Assembly: GCA_020062425.1 (NCBI GenBank)
Contig: JAGUWJ010000010.1
Coordinates: 1-63,339, forward strand
DNA from: Actinomycetota bacterium
GTDB taxonomy: Bacteria > Actinomycetota > Geothermincolia > Fen-727 > Anoxymicrobiaceae
DNA length: 63,339 bases
Direction: 5' to 3'
Below the pieces are notes generated by a model. That model ran no database searches, had not been told where the DNA came from, and saw nothing but the letters and a program-made list of their open reading frames with translations. Below, piece after piece: positions 27,689-37,335 of the stretch (position 1 is the first letter of the stretch; each line of letters starts with the position of its first letter). The translations under genes and the position numbers were made by a program.

Positions 27689-29299
27689 TCAAGCCGCGTA
27701 ATCCTCGAGCTTGAATACGTTGTCCGCTTCCGGGGAGAACTGCTCTTTCAATATGCGATCGAGGTACTTCTCGGACGGGCTCTTCGGTATCTCGTCGACC
27801 ACCTGGAGGTAGCTCGGTACGGAGTTACGCTCCAGCCCCTTCATGGCCGCTTCGAAGACGGAGGCCGGGTCCAGCGTCTTCCCTTCGAACAGTGTGACGG
27901 CGGCCACCAGGTCGCTCTCGCCGGGGGCACCTGAAGCGGCGGGTATGCCGTAGACGCAGACCTCGGAGATGTCCGGGTGCTCGCCGATGACCTTCTCCAC
28001 GTACTCCGGCTTGATGAAGTCGCCGGACCTCCGCAGAGCGGTCCCCTTGCGGTAGTCGAAGAAGAGCCAGCCCTCCTCGTCGCGGTGGATCATGTCGCCG
28101 GTGCGCAACCAGCCCCCCCGGGTCTTCTCGGCCGAGGCCTTGGGCTTGCCGTAGTAATCGACTTCCGCGGCCTGTCCGGCTTGACGGCATATCAGTTCGC
28201 CAGTGATCCCGGCCGCGACCTCGTTGTCGTCATCGTCGACGATCTTCATCTCCATCACGCCCTCGATGGGCTTGCCGAAGGAGCCAAGAGGCCCCTCACC
28301 GATGGGCTTGAACGCGAAGCCGCCTTCGATAGCACCGTACCATTCCAGTATCTGCACGCCGAAACGCTTCTCGAACGCCTCCCAGAGTGGAAGGGGGGTC
28401 CCGGCCGAGATGACGACCTTCACCGGGTTGTCGGCGTCGTCGGGCCTGGGCGGCTCGTTGAATATGCCCGACATCATCCCGCCCAGCAGTGAGAACGTCG
28501 TGCAGCCGTACTTGCGGCAGATGTCCCATATGCGGCTCTTTGAGAAGCGCTGGCCGATGACCGCGGGTATGCCCAGCGACAGCGCCGGTATCATGGTCAC
28601 AGCCTGGGCGTTACCGTGGGTCAGCGAGAGGCCGGTGTAAGGGATGTCCTCCGGCGTGTACTTCCAGACCATCTGCGCCAGCACCACGTACATGAGGGTG
28701 CGCGACGACTTTATCTGAACGCCCTTGGGGTTGCCGGTCACCCCTGACGTATAGATTATCTCAAGCGGCAGGTTCGGGTCGTCGATGCGGCCTTTCAACT
28801 CCTGTACATCCGGCACGTCCAGCATCTCCTGGATGTTGGTGTACTTCTCTTTGAGACCGGGGTCGGCGTCCGGCTTCAGGTTCAAGATCACGTTCTGAAC
28901 GTCGGGAGCGTTCCCCACCGCTGCTTCCACGTCGGGCAGGAGATCAGCCGTGGTGATGACCCCTTTCGAGTTGGAGTCGGTGAGCTGGTAGGTGAGCTTC
29001 TCTCCCTTAGAGCGGGGGTCGATGGGCACCGACACGATGCCGGTCAGTGCGGCGGTCACGAACGAGTAGACCACCTCAGGGTGATTCCGCATGACGAGCG
29101 CCAGCTTGTCGCCTTTCTTGAAGCCCAGGTCCAGAAGCCCCTGGGCCAATTTGAAGGAGTTGGAGAGTATCTCCCGGTACGTGAACTGCTCGTCCGGGTA
29201 CAACCCGCCGTTTTCGAAGATCATCCCCGTCGCGTCCGGCTTCTCCTCCACCCTGGACTCCAGGATGTTGGAAAGCAGCGCAGGGTTTCTCTCAGCCAT
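27689..29299 (-). CDS. AMP-forming acyl-CoA synthetase/ligase
   Basis: IIYTSGVTGNPKG, YGAIEG, TGDM, and the conserved C-terminal Lys region. Confidence 0.85.
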   Translation of the reverse strand: MAERNPALLSNILESRVEEKPDATGMIFENGGLYPDEQFTYREILSNSFKLAQGLLDLGFKKGDKLALVMRNHPEVVYSFVTAALTGIVSVPIDPRSKGEKLTYQLTDSNSKGVITTADLLPDVEAAVGNAPDVQNVILNLKPDADPGLKEKYTNIQEMLDVPDVQELKGRIDDPNLPLEIIYTSGVTGNPKGVQIKSSRTLMYVVLAQMVWKYTPEDIPYTGLSLTHGNAQAVTMIPALSLGIPAVIGQRFSKSRIWDICRKYGCTTFSLLGGMMSGIFNEPPRPDDADNPVKVVISAGTPLPLWEAFEKRFGVQILEWYGAIEGGFAFKPIGEGPLGSFGKPIEGVMEMKIVDDDDNEVAAGITGELICRQAGQAAEVDYYGKPKASAEKTRGGWLRTGDMIHRDEEGWLFFDYRKGTALRRSGDFIKPEYVEKVIGEHPDISEVCVYGIPAASGAPGESDLVAAVTLFEGKTLDPASVFEAAMKGLERNSVPSYLQVVDEIPKSPSEKYLDRILKEQFSPEADNVFKLEDYAA

Positions 29300-29335
29300 G
29301 ACGAGTCTCCTTTACCTGTGCTGTCACGGTTTCCG

Positions 29336-29980
29336 CTACTCGACCGCTCCGATGAACCTGCGGACGAAAGAGGGGAAATCTCTCTCGAACCTCTTCAGCC
29401 ACTCCTCCTCGGTCCAGAATTTATGCCGGTCGAAGTACGGGTCGGTCTGCTGGTAGCTCACTCCGACGCCCACGCAGAAGTCGACGTCGGTGATTATCTC
29501 GCATGCCATGGCCGCGGTGCCCATCGTCTGGAAGACGCGGCAGTGGAGCCCCATCCGCCAGGCCGCCGCGGACGCGGCCATAGCAGCCATGTGCACGTCG
29601 TACACGGCGAAATGGCAGCAGGGGCCGTTGGCTACAAGCCCCTCGACGAGGTCGGCCTTGTTTAATTCGGCGCAGGTGGCGAACCCGCAGGCCCCGCAGT
29701 CGTAGTTGTAGGCCGACTTGCGCCCGGCCCCGATGAGCAGCCCGCGGGCGTCTTCCTTGGCGAGGTCGATGAAGCTCATGCCGTCTCTTTCGGCCAGGGG
29801 AGAGACTCCGGCTACCCCTTCGCAGAAACCGCCCAGGTCGTCGAACTCCTCCGGCCCGAACGCCACCATGACCAGCTTCTTCTTCCCGAACGTGAGAGCG
29901 GTGTTGGCAGACACGGTCATGAGCTCGACCGCCCTGTCCATCCCTCCGCGCAGCAGGTCGTCCTTGTTGAAAATAGCCAT
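29336..29980 (-). CDS. DUF2148-like Cys-motif (ferredoxin-domain-like) protein
   Basis: DCGACGFATC block plus a Met/Ala-rich core; paralog of the next gene. Confidence 0.6.
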   Translation of the reverse strand: MAIFNKDDLLRGGMDRAVELMTVSANTALTFGKKKLVMVAFGPEEFDDLGGFCEGVAGVSPLAERDGMSFIDLAKEDARGLLIGAGRKSAYNYDCGACGFATCAELNKADLVEGLVANGPCCHFAVYDVHMAAMAASAAAWRMGLHCRVFQTMGTAAMACEIITDVDFCVGVGVSYQQTDPYFDRHKFWTEEEWLKRFERDFPSFVRRFIGAVE

Positions 29981-29993
29981 GTCCTCACCCCCT

Positions 29994-30665
29994 TTAGCAG
30001 TAGATCGACCGGAACGTCGGGAACAGGCGCCCTATCAGGCGGTTCTCCAGCTCGGCCGAGTTGTACTTGGCGTAATCTTTGGGCAGGTCTTTGAACGGGT
30101 TCTTCTCAGTGACCGAGGCCATGAACCCGAGCGCGAGGTCCGACTTGTAGGGTGTCAGGCCCATCCTCACGGCCGCCGCCCCGACGGACATCTTTATGGT
30201 GTGGTCGATACCCAGCTGCCGGGCCAGCGTCACGGCGCCGCCCAGCGCGTAGGCAATGTTCATGGAGCGCAGCAGGCAGAAGGGTCCCCGGAAGGCGACG
30301 CCCGGCTTGTCCTCGAGCTTGGGCACGTCTCTCCACAGGTCGCAGAGGCTGTAACCGCACAGGTTGCAGTTCGAGTCCATGGGGTCGTGACCGGAACGCC
30401 GGTCGGCCATGACCAGGACCACGTCGGAGTCCTTGACCTGCACCGCGTCGGAGCGGAAGAACTCCCAGGCGGTATTTTCTGACGCCATCTTGTCGATGAC
30501 GATCGCCATCTCTTCGATGGTGTCCCGGTCCTCGATGTACTGCACGCTTATCTCGTCGATGCCGCCCACCCTTGGTGCGGTCACTGCCGAGGCGAGCAGC
30601 AGCTTGCCCGCCAGGCGGACAGCCTCTTGTCGCTTCTCGTCGTACTCGCGTAAGGCCTTTTCCAT
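29994..30665 (-). CDS. DUF2148-like protein, paralog
   Basis: Same architecture; CNLCGYSLC block at the equivalent position. Confidence 0.6.
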   Translation of the reverse strand: MEKALREYDEKRQEAVRLAGKLLLASAVTAPRVGGIDEISVQYIEDRDTIEEMAIVIDKMASENTAWEFFRSDAVQVKDSDVVLVMADRRSGHDPMDSNCNLCGYSLCDLWRDVPKLEDKPGVAFRGPFCLLRSMNIAYALGGAVTLARQLGIDHTIKMSVGAAAVRMGLTPYKSDLALGFMASVTEKNPFKDLPKDYAKYNSAELENRLIGRLFPTFRSIYC

Positions 30666-30729
30666 GGTGACCTCCGTTTCCCTGGAAAGCGTCAGCTATG
30701 CCGTTCGGCCGGATGTGGAAACGCGAGAC

Positions 30730-31137
30730 TTAGACGTCCGTGGGAAGACCGTACTTCTCGCAGACACCCGGATACGCGTCGAAGGCGGGCTGCAAAAGTG
30801 GAAGCAGGCCAAGAACCTTGGCCATGGGACCCTTGGCCTTGACCTTCCGCTTGGCCAGCAGTACGGGCAGGGTGGCCTTCTGGAGCCAGAAGGCGTGACA
30901 GTCGTCGCCGGAGATCCACATCTCGATATCCCCTGTTGCGTCGCACGGCCCGGTGACTATGGTCGGTGTGGGATCACCGTGCAGCAGCCATATCTGCCCT
31001 TCTGGATCGTGGATGTAGAAAACGATGTTGATGTTCTCGGCGTTGGCTTTCGGACCTACCTCCGGATCGTCGGCCAGCATCTGGAACAGGCTTCCAAGGA
31101 CCTCGTGCATTTTCTCCGTGCTTTCGAAGATCGGCAT
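30730..31137 (-). CDS. SCP2 sterol-carrier-like domain protein
   Basis: 135 aa; GDDCHAFWLQKATLPVLLAKRKVKAKGPMAKVL matches the SCP2 C-terminal pattern. Confidence 0.6.
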   Translation of the reverse strand: MPIFESTEKMHEVLGSLFQMLADDPEVGPKANAENINIVFYIHDPEGQIWLLHGDPTPTIVTGPCDATGDIEMWISGDDCHAFWLQKATLPVLLAKRKVKAKGPMAKVLGLLPLLQPAFDAYPGVCEKYGLPTDV

Positions 31138-31185
31138 GAAACCACCCCCCGCGTCGAGTACCTCTACCCGTCAGTAGGCTCGGCA

Positions 31186-31201
31186 AGCATTTTCGACCCC
31201 A
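31186..31201 (-). promoter_or_regulatory. Weak candidate sigma-54 promoter (GG-N10-GC spacing)
   Basis: The minus strand reads TGGGGTCGAAAATGCT. The invariant GG and GC are correctly spaced, about 50 nt upstream of ATG 31137; the other consensus positions match poorly. Confidence 0.3.
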
Positions 31202-31294
31202 AGCCTCAAAAGAGCTTCCTAATCTTATAACCGGCATATATACGCGTCAATTTATTTCTTGACAGGGACCGGTTAACGAATCCACGACAGTTTT

Positions 31295-31323
31295 TTGACA
31301 GATGGGGGGCGCACACATAGTAT
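31295..31323 (+). promoter_or_regulatory. Sigma-70-like promoter TTGACA-N17-TAGTAT
   Basis: Read directly, about 28 nt upstream of ATG 31351. Confidence 0.5.
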
Positions 31324-31350
31324 CTGACCAGGATGAGAGGGAGGTCCACC

Positions 31351-31767
31351 ATGGCGGAAGTGGCGCTCGCACCCGGTGCGGAGGGGATAGAACTCGCGGG
31401 AATGCTGGTCCAGATGCTCTCTGTGAGCCTGGAGAGGCCTGAGAAGAAGAAAGTCTTGGACAATCTGAAAACGAGGGTCTATCTCTACGTGACCGACATG
31501 GACCTGGGCATGACCATGGAGTTCGACAAGGGGAGGCTGATCATCCACTCCGGCAAGGTCGGCGACCCGAAGATATCTATCATCACCGATTCCGAGACCC
31601 TGCTGGAGCTTGTCTACATCAACATCAAATTCGGGATGCCCTACTACTTCGACGAGACGGGCCGCGGCATCCTGAAGCGGCTTCTCAAGCGCGACCTGAA
31701 GATCAAGGGTATGCTCACCCACGTGGTCGCCCTCACCAAAGTCACAAAGGTCATCTCCGTCAACTGA
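31351..31767 (+). CDS. SCP2 sterol-carrier-like domain protein
   Basis: LKRLLKRDLKIKGMLTHVVALTKV C-terminal pattern. ATG 31351 follows GGGAGG; the ORF-track start 31333 would sit on the -10 box. Confidence 0.6.
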   Translation: MAEVALAPGAEGIELAGMLVQMLSVSLERPEKKKVLDNLKTRVYLYVTDMDLGMTMEFDKGRLIIHSGKVGDPKISIITDSETLLELVYINIKFGMPYYFDETGRGILKRLLKRDLKIKGMLTHVVALTKVTKVISVN

Positions 31768-31900
31768 GCGTGCTAGGCTCACTGTCAGGAACAATCGCGT
31801 ACGGCCTGTCACCCGTCCGGCGGATTGACTTCCTCGCAAAGCATACATTTAGAATATTTCCGTACTTGAGGGCAACCCGGATGAGGCAGGGGGCAGGGTA

Positions 31901-33898
31901 ATGAAGTCTTATCTCGTAAAAAACACGGCGCGCCGCGCGCTGGTGGTGATGGCCGTGTTAGGGTGCGTTCTCATCATGGGAGCGCCTCTCTGCGCCGCCG
32001 CGCCGCCCGCGACAGCGCCGGCCTCCCAGAAGACTCTGGGGAAGGCAGCCGGCGCGCAGGACTTCGCGCCGAATGAGGTCGTGGTCAAATTCAAGTCCGG
32101 CGCAGGTAGCAAGGCCGTCTCCAACACGTTCTCTGAACTGGGCGCGACCAGGCGGGAGACCAACCAGAAGCTCGGGTTCATGAAGATTCGGGTGCCGTCC
32201 GGCAAGACGGTGCAGCAGACGGTGGACGCGCTCAACAAGCTGCCCATCGTGGAGTACGCCGAGCCCAACTACGTGCTGAACCTCCTGTGGACCCCGAACG
32301 ATCCCCGGTTCCCTGACCAGTGGCACTTCGACAACCCGCAGTACGGGGGCATAGGGATGAAAGCGGCCTGGGACGTCACCCGGGGCAATCCCGACGTGGT
32401 GGTGGCGGTGGTGGACACCGGCGTGGCCTACGAGAACTACACGCAGGGCACCAAGAGATACTACCAGGCTCCCGACCTCGCACAGACGAGTTTCGTCCCC
32501 GGTTACGACTACGTCAACAACGACACGCACCCTAACGACGACAACTGCCACGGGACGCACGTCACGGGCACCGTGGCCCAGAGCACCAACAACGCCCTGG
32601 GGGTCGCCGGAATTGCGAGCGGGTGCTCCATCATGCCGGTCAAGGTCCTGAGCTCCGCGGGCTCCGGGACCGCTACCCAGATAGCCAACGGCATCACCTT
32701 CGCCGCCGACCACGGTGCCCACGTGATCAACATGAGCCTGGGCACCACCGCCGCCAGCAGCACTATCGAGAACGCGGTCAAGTACGCCTATCAGAAAGGC
32801 GTGGTCATCGTCTGCGCGGCCGGGAACAACGCCGCCGCCGTCAATTACCCGGCGGCTTACGACGCTTACTGCATAGCGGTCGGAGCCACCAAGTACGACG
32901 AGGTGTATACAAGCTATTCCAGCTACGGGGCCTCGCTCGACCTGGCGGCGCCGGGCGGGAACACAGGAGAGGACCTGAACGGGGACGGCTACGGGGACGG
33001 GGTGCTGCAGCAGACTTTCAACCCCAGCACCAAGAACACCAGTGAATTGGGATATTACTATCTGAACGGGACCTCCATGGCCTCGCCCCACGTCGCCGGG
33101 GTGGCCGCGCTGGTGATCTCGAAGTACGGGCTCAAGGGCCGACCCGACTCGGTGAGGAACATCCTCCAGGCCACTGCCGAAGACAAGGGAACCTCCGGCT
33201 GGGACACCCGCTACGGCCACGGGCTCGTGAACGCGGTGGCCGCGGTAAGCGTGCCCGGGCCTCGCATATCGAGCATCAGCCCTTCCAGTGGTAACGCCGG
33301 GACGATCGTCACACTGAACGGCTTCCTCTTCGGGACCTCGCAAGGGACCTCGTCGGTATCGTTCGGCGGCGTGCCGGCGACCGAGTATGTATCATGGTCC
33401 GACTCGAAGATAGTGGTGAAGGTCCCGGCGGGAGTCTCGGGACAGGTCGGCGTGACCGTGAAGGTCGGCTCGAGCGTCTCGAACGCGGTCCCGTTCCTGG
33501 GGACGGACCTCGGCGTCTTGTCCATCAGCCCCAACTCCGTGACCCAGGGCTCCACCAATGTGAGCGCCCAGGTGACCGGCTTCGGCTTCGCACCGGGCGC
33601 GACCGTACGGCTCGAGATGGGCGGTTCCGTGATAAACGCGTCAAGCAACACGTTCGTATCCAGCACTCAGGTAAACTGCACCTTCAGCTTCGCGGGCGCC
33701 CAGACCGGCGGCTACGACGTATTGGTCTCGTCCGGCGGGAAAGAGGCGCGGCTTGCCGGCGGCCTGCGTGTCAGCGCGTCATCCGGCTCGGCGTGTGGCT
33801 CAGGCGCGGGGTTCTCCGCGCTGCTGGGAGGGCTCATGCTGGGACTGCTCTCCGCAGCGGGCACGCGGGGATTGGCGAGACGTCGCCACAGACTCTGA
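31901..33898 (+). CDS. Secreted S8 subtilisin-like serine peptidase with IPT/TIG domains and a C-terminal anchor/sorting-like tail
   Basis: Signal peptide; catalytic blocks VAVVDTGV, HGTHVTGT, GTSMASPHVAG; two IPT-like modules; tail GSACGSGAGFSALLGGLMLGLLSAAGTRGLARRRHRL. Confidence 0.9.
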   Translation: MKSYLVKNTARRALVVMAVLGCVLIMGAPLCAAAPPATAPASQKTLGKAAGAQDFAPNEVVVKFKSGAGSKAVSNTFSELGATRRETNQKLGFMKIRVPSGKTVQQTVDALNKLPIVEYAEPNYVLNLLWTPNDPRFPDQWHFDNPQYGGIGMKAAWDVTRGNPDVVVAVVDTGVAYENYTQGTKRYYQAPDLAQTSFVPGYDYVNNDTHPNDDNCHGTHVTGTVAQSTNNALGVAGIASGCSIMPVKVLSSAGSGTATQIANGITFAADHGAHVINMSLGTTAASSTIENAVKYAYQKGVVIVCAAGNNAAAVNYPAAYDAYCIAVGATKYDEVYTSYSSYGASLDLAAPGGNTGEDLNGDGYGDGVLQQTFNPSTKNTSELGYYYLNGTSMASPHVAGVAALVISKYGLKGRPDSVRNILQATAEDKGTSGWDTRYGHGLVNAVAAVSVPGPRISSISPSSGNAGTIVTLNGFLFGTSQGTSSVSFGGVPATEYVSWSDSKIVVKVPAGVSGQVGVTVKVGSSVSNAVPFLGTDLGVLSISPNSVTQGSTNVSAQVTGFGFAPGATVRLEMGGSVINASSNTFVSSTQVNCTFSFAGAQTGGYDVLVSSGGKEARLAGGLRVSASSGSACGSGAGFSALLGGLMLGLLSAAGTRGLARRRHRL

Positions 33899-34038
33899 AA
33901 GCATCATCCGACCGGGAATGCATGTTCCTCCCGGGATGAGAACTGGCGGCCGCCCCCCGCGAGTTGTAGAATACGGGGGTTATGAGCGGCCGCCGGTTCA
34001 TACGGGGCCCCGACACTTGTCTCTACGAGGGAGGAACC

Positions 34039-34431
34039 ATGAAGCGGCAGGACGATATCGACAATGAGCTTCTCAAGGCATTCGCCTTTGCGCGCCTTCT
34101 TCCGGTCCGCGTGAACGGCTACATCGGGGCGGGGACGGGGAGCCTCATCATACAGGCTGTCATCGCGTTAACCGTGGGCGGCCTCTTCGCGCTCAAGATC
34201 TACTGGCGAAGGATAAAGGCGTTCTTCACGCGCAAAGAAGCGGACGTGGAGGACCTGGAGCAGAGGAAAGCGGAAGCCTTGAGCGCGGTACATGCCGAGG
34301 CGGATGAGACCTCCGGCGAGGAAGCCGGCACTGAATCGATCGAGGCGGCGCTCCTTCCCGAGGCCGCGGCGGTCGCGTCGGAGTTCGACCCGGCCGAACC
34401 TGGGGCGGTCGAAGGCGAAGAGGGCATCTGA
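34039..34431 (+). CDS. Small single-pass membrane protein with an acidic C-terminus
   Basis: ATG 34039 follows GAGGGAGG; one TM helix (SLIIQAVIALTVGGLFALKIYW). Confidence 0.5.
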   Translation: MKRQDDIDNELLKAFAFARLLPVRVNGYIGAGTGSLIIQAVIALTVGGLFALKIYWRRIKAFFTRKEADVEDLEQRKAEALSAVHAEADETSGEEAGTESIEAALLPEAAAVASEFDPAEPGAVEGEEGI

Positions 34432-34436
34432 GCAGG

Positions 34437-35819
34437 GTGGACGGCGGCAGCGGCACGGTAGCGGGCTCTTTCAGGGACCCCAGCGGCTTTCTCTTCAGGA
34501 GGGACGGAAAGCTCTTACGGCAGATCAACCAGCGTTACCGTAAAGACTACGAACTGCTGGTGAGATCCGGCCTGTATGAAGAGCTCAACGGGGCAGGCCT
34601 CCTTATAACACACCGCAGAGCGGATGTCCCGCCGTTCAAACCCGACGGCTCCTACCTGGTGATCGAGCCGGAGGAGGTCCCTTTCATCTCGTACCCCTAC
34701 GAGTGGTGCTTCAGCCAGCTAAAGGACGCGGCGCTTGCTACGCTTGATATCCAGAAGAGGGCGCTCGAGCGCGGGATGTCGCTCAAGGACGCCAGCGCCT
34801 ACAACATCCAGTTCCTCAGGGGCAGGCCGGTCCTGATAGACACGCTCTCTTTCGAGAAGTACGAGGAGGGGCGCCCGTGGATAGCTTACAGCCAGTTCTG
34901 CAGGCACTTCCTGGCCCCGCTCTACCTGATGTCGCGCAAGGACAACCGCATGGGCGTGCTTCTGAAGTCTTTCATCGACGGCATCCCTCTCGACCTGGCG
35001 AGCACCCTCCTGCCGTTCCGGACCAGGCTCAGGCTGCCCATACTCCTGCATATCCACCTGCACGCCCGCAGCGAGAAGAAGTACTCGGAGGAGCAGATAG
35101 ACCCGGAAACCATCAAGGGCATAAGCCGCAAGGGTCTCCTGGCCCTGCTGGACAGCCTGGAGGCGACCACCCGCAAACTGAAGTGGAAGGCGGGCGGCAC
35201 CGAGTGGGCCGAGTACTACGACGAGACCAACTACTCGGCAGAGGCTTTCGAGCAGAAGAAGAACATAGTCAGGGAGTTCCTCGAGGCGGTGGGTGCCCGT
35301 GAGGTCTGGGACGTGGGGGGAAACGTCGGCGTCTTCAGCAGGGTAGCGCTGGAGACCGCGGCGCGCGTTGTCTGCATGGATATTGACCCCTCCTGCGTGG
35401 AGGCGAACTACAGGAAGTGCCTGGAGGACGGAGAGGAGAACCTTCTTCCGCTGCTGATCGACCTGTTCAACCCAAGCCCGGCCATCGGTTGGGAGGCGGA
35501 AGAGAGGATGTCCATCTTCCAGAGGGGGCCGGTCGACACGGTTCTCGCCCTGGCCCTTATCCACCACCTCATCATCTCCAACAACGTACCCATGGCGCGC
35601 GTCGCATCGTTTTTCGCGGGGCTCTGCACCAACCTGGTCATCGAGTTCGTCCCCAAGTCCGACTCGCAGGTGCAGCGGCTGCTATCCGCGAGGGAGGACA
35701 TCTTCGACGACTACACCCTGGAAGGCTTCCTGGCCGGGTTCTCGGAGCTCTTCCGCGTGGAACGGCGGGTTGCGGTGCCCTCATCTGAGCGTATCCTCTT
35801 TCTCATGAGGAGGAGATAG
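34437..35819 (+). CDS. Class I SAM-dependent methyltransferase with a large uncharacterised N-terminal domain
   Basis: N-terminal FRDPSGFLF...YPYEWCF block; SAM motif I-like VWDVGGNVGVFS in the C-terminal third. Confidence 0.65.
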   Translation: MDGGSGTVAGSFRDPSGFLFRRDGKLLRQINQRYRKDYELLVRSGLYEELNGAGLLITHRRADVPPFKPDGSYLVIEPEEVPFISYPYEWCFSQLKDAALATLDIQKRALERGMSLKDASAYNIQFLRGRPVLIDTLSFEKYEEGRPWIAYSQFCRHFLAPLYLMSRKDNRMGVLLKSFIDGIPLDLASTLLPFRTRLRLPILLHIHLHARSEKKYSEEQIDPETIKGISRKGLLALLDSLEATTRKLKWKAGGTEWAEYYDETNYSAEAFEQKKNIVREFLEAVGAREVWDVGGNVGVFSRVALETAARVVCMDIDPSCVEANYRKCLEDGEENLLPLLIDLFNPSPAIGWEAEERMSIFQRGPVDTVLALALIHHLIISNNVPMARVASFFAGLCTNLVIEFVPKSDSQVQRLLSAREDIFDDYTLEGFLAGFSELFRVERRVAVPSSERILFLMRRR

Positions 35820-35823
35820 GCGC

Positions 35824-37335
35824 TTGTTCCCCGTGCATGTGGTATTCCTCGCGCTGGTGCCGACCCTCTTTCTCTTCTCTAACAACGCCGGACAGGCCCG
35901 CTACTCGGACATGCTCGTACCGGCCGGGCTGACCGTGGCGGTCACGCTGGCGCTGCTCGTGTTCCTGCGCCTCGTGCTCAAGGACTGGCAGGCGTCGGCG
36001 CTCATTGTCTCCAGCGCCCTGGTCCTCTTCTTCACTTACGGCAGGGTCACCGAGGCGCTCGGCGACTCGGGGGGTGTGCAGGTGGCCGTGGCGGCTCTTT
36101 ACGTCGCCCTCCTCTTCCTTGCCTCGGTGTTCGCCGTGAAAAAGAAAGGAGAGCTCGAAAGGCAGACAAAGGTCCTGAACGTCATGGCGGTCACCCTGCT
36201 CCTGCTCTCCGCGGCCGGCATCGCCGTGAACGCCATGAGGAAGGAGATACAGCCCCAGCTCAGGAGTGACGAGGTGAGGCACCTGGCGTCGTCCGGTGAG
36301 GTGTCGAGGCCCGACTCGTCGGAGCTTCCAGACATCTACTACATAATCCTCGATGGCTACGCGAGCCAGAGCACGCTCGAGAGGGAATTCGGCTTCGACA
36401 ACAGTGATTTCGTGGAGTTCCTCCAGGGCAGGGGGTTCTTCGTCGCCGGAGACAGCAGGAGCAACTACTGCCAGAGCCGCCTTTCGCTCTCCTCGTCGCT
36501 CAACCTGAAGTACATAAACTACCTGACCAAGGACCTGGGCAGGAACTCGCGGAGAGCCGGAGTCTTGAACAGGATGATAGAGGATAACGGGCTGGCACTC
36601 TTTTTGAAGTCGATGGGTTACCACTTCGCTTTCTTCGGGAGCAACTGGTCCGGAACTCGCTCCAACCGCAACGCGGACACCAGCGTTACCGAGAGCAACT
36701 GGCTCAAGGGCGAGTTCATGGTGGCCCTGCTCAAGACGACCTCTCTGCGTCCTCTCATCGGTCAAGAAGAGGGCTTGTACACCAGGGAAGGCGTTCTGCG
36801 GGCGTTCTCGGTCATTCCGGAGATGAGCACTCGTGTAGACGGGCCTCTTTTCGTCTTCGCCCACATAGTGCCGCCACACCGGCCTTTCCTGTTCGACCGC
36901 AACGGGGGCCCGCTGGACGAGGAGTCTAACGATTGGAGCGACACCGAGAAGTACATCGACCAGCTCATCTTCGTGAACAACAAGACCAGGGAGCTCGTCG
37001 ACGAGATATTGGATAACTCCGAGAAGCCGCCGGTTATAGTGATACAGGCGGACCATGGGCCTATGCCCGGCGGCGACCCGGAGGTGATAGCCTCCCCGGA
37101 TGCGCGCACCGCCCGCTTGAGATCCGGCATACTGAATGCCTATTACCTTCCCGGCGGTGAGGGCGCCCTTTACGGCAGCATCTCCCCGGTCAACTCTTTC
37201 AGGGTGATCCTGAACGATCTCTTCGGGCTGGAGCTGGAGCTCCTCGAGGACAGATCGTATTCCTCGTCGTACAGCAAGCCGTATGATTTCAGGGACATAA
37301 CCGACCTGGTCCGCGAGGGCACTTCCGGGCGGTAG
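35824..37335 (+). CDS. Membrane-anchored sulfatase/alkaline-phosphatase-superfamily transferase (LTA-synthase-like)
   Basis: Four to five N-terminal TM helices, then LPDIYYIILDGY... and a HIVPPHRPF block. TTG start taken from the ORF track. Confidence 0.65.
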   Translation: MFPVHVVFLALVPTLFLFSNNAGQARYSDMLVPAGLTVAVTLALLVFLRLVLKDWQASALIVSSALVLFFTYGRVTEALGDSGGVQVAVAALYVALLFLASVFAVKKKGELERQTKVLNVMAVTLLLLSAAGIAVNAMRKEIQPQLRSDEVRHLASSGEVSRPDSSELPDIYYIILDGYASQSTLEREFGFDNSDFVEFLQGRGFFVAGDSRSNYCQSRLSLSSSLNLKYINYLTKDLGRNSRRAGVLNRMIEDNGLALFLKSMGYHFAFFGSNWSGTRSNRNADTSVTESNWLKGEFMVALLKTTSLRPLIGQEEGLYTREGVLRAFSVIPEMSTRVDGPLFVFAHIVPPHRPFLFDRNGGPLDEESNDWSDTEKYIDQLIFVNNKTRELVDEILDNSEKPPVIVIQADHGPMPGGDPEVIASPDARTARLRSGILNAYYLPGGEGALYGSISPVNSFRVILNDLFGLELELLEDRSYSSSYSKPYDFRDITDLVREGTSGR

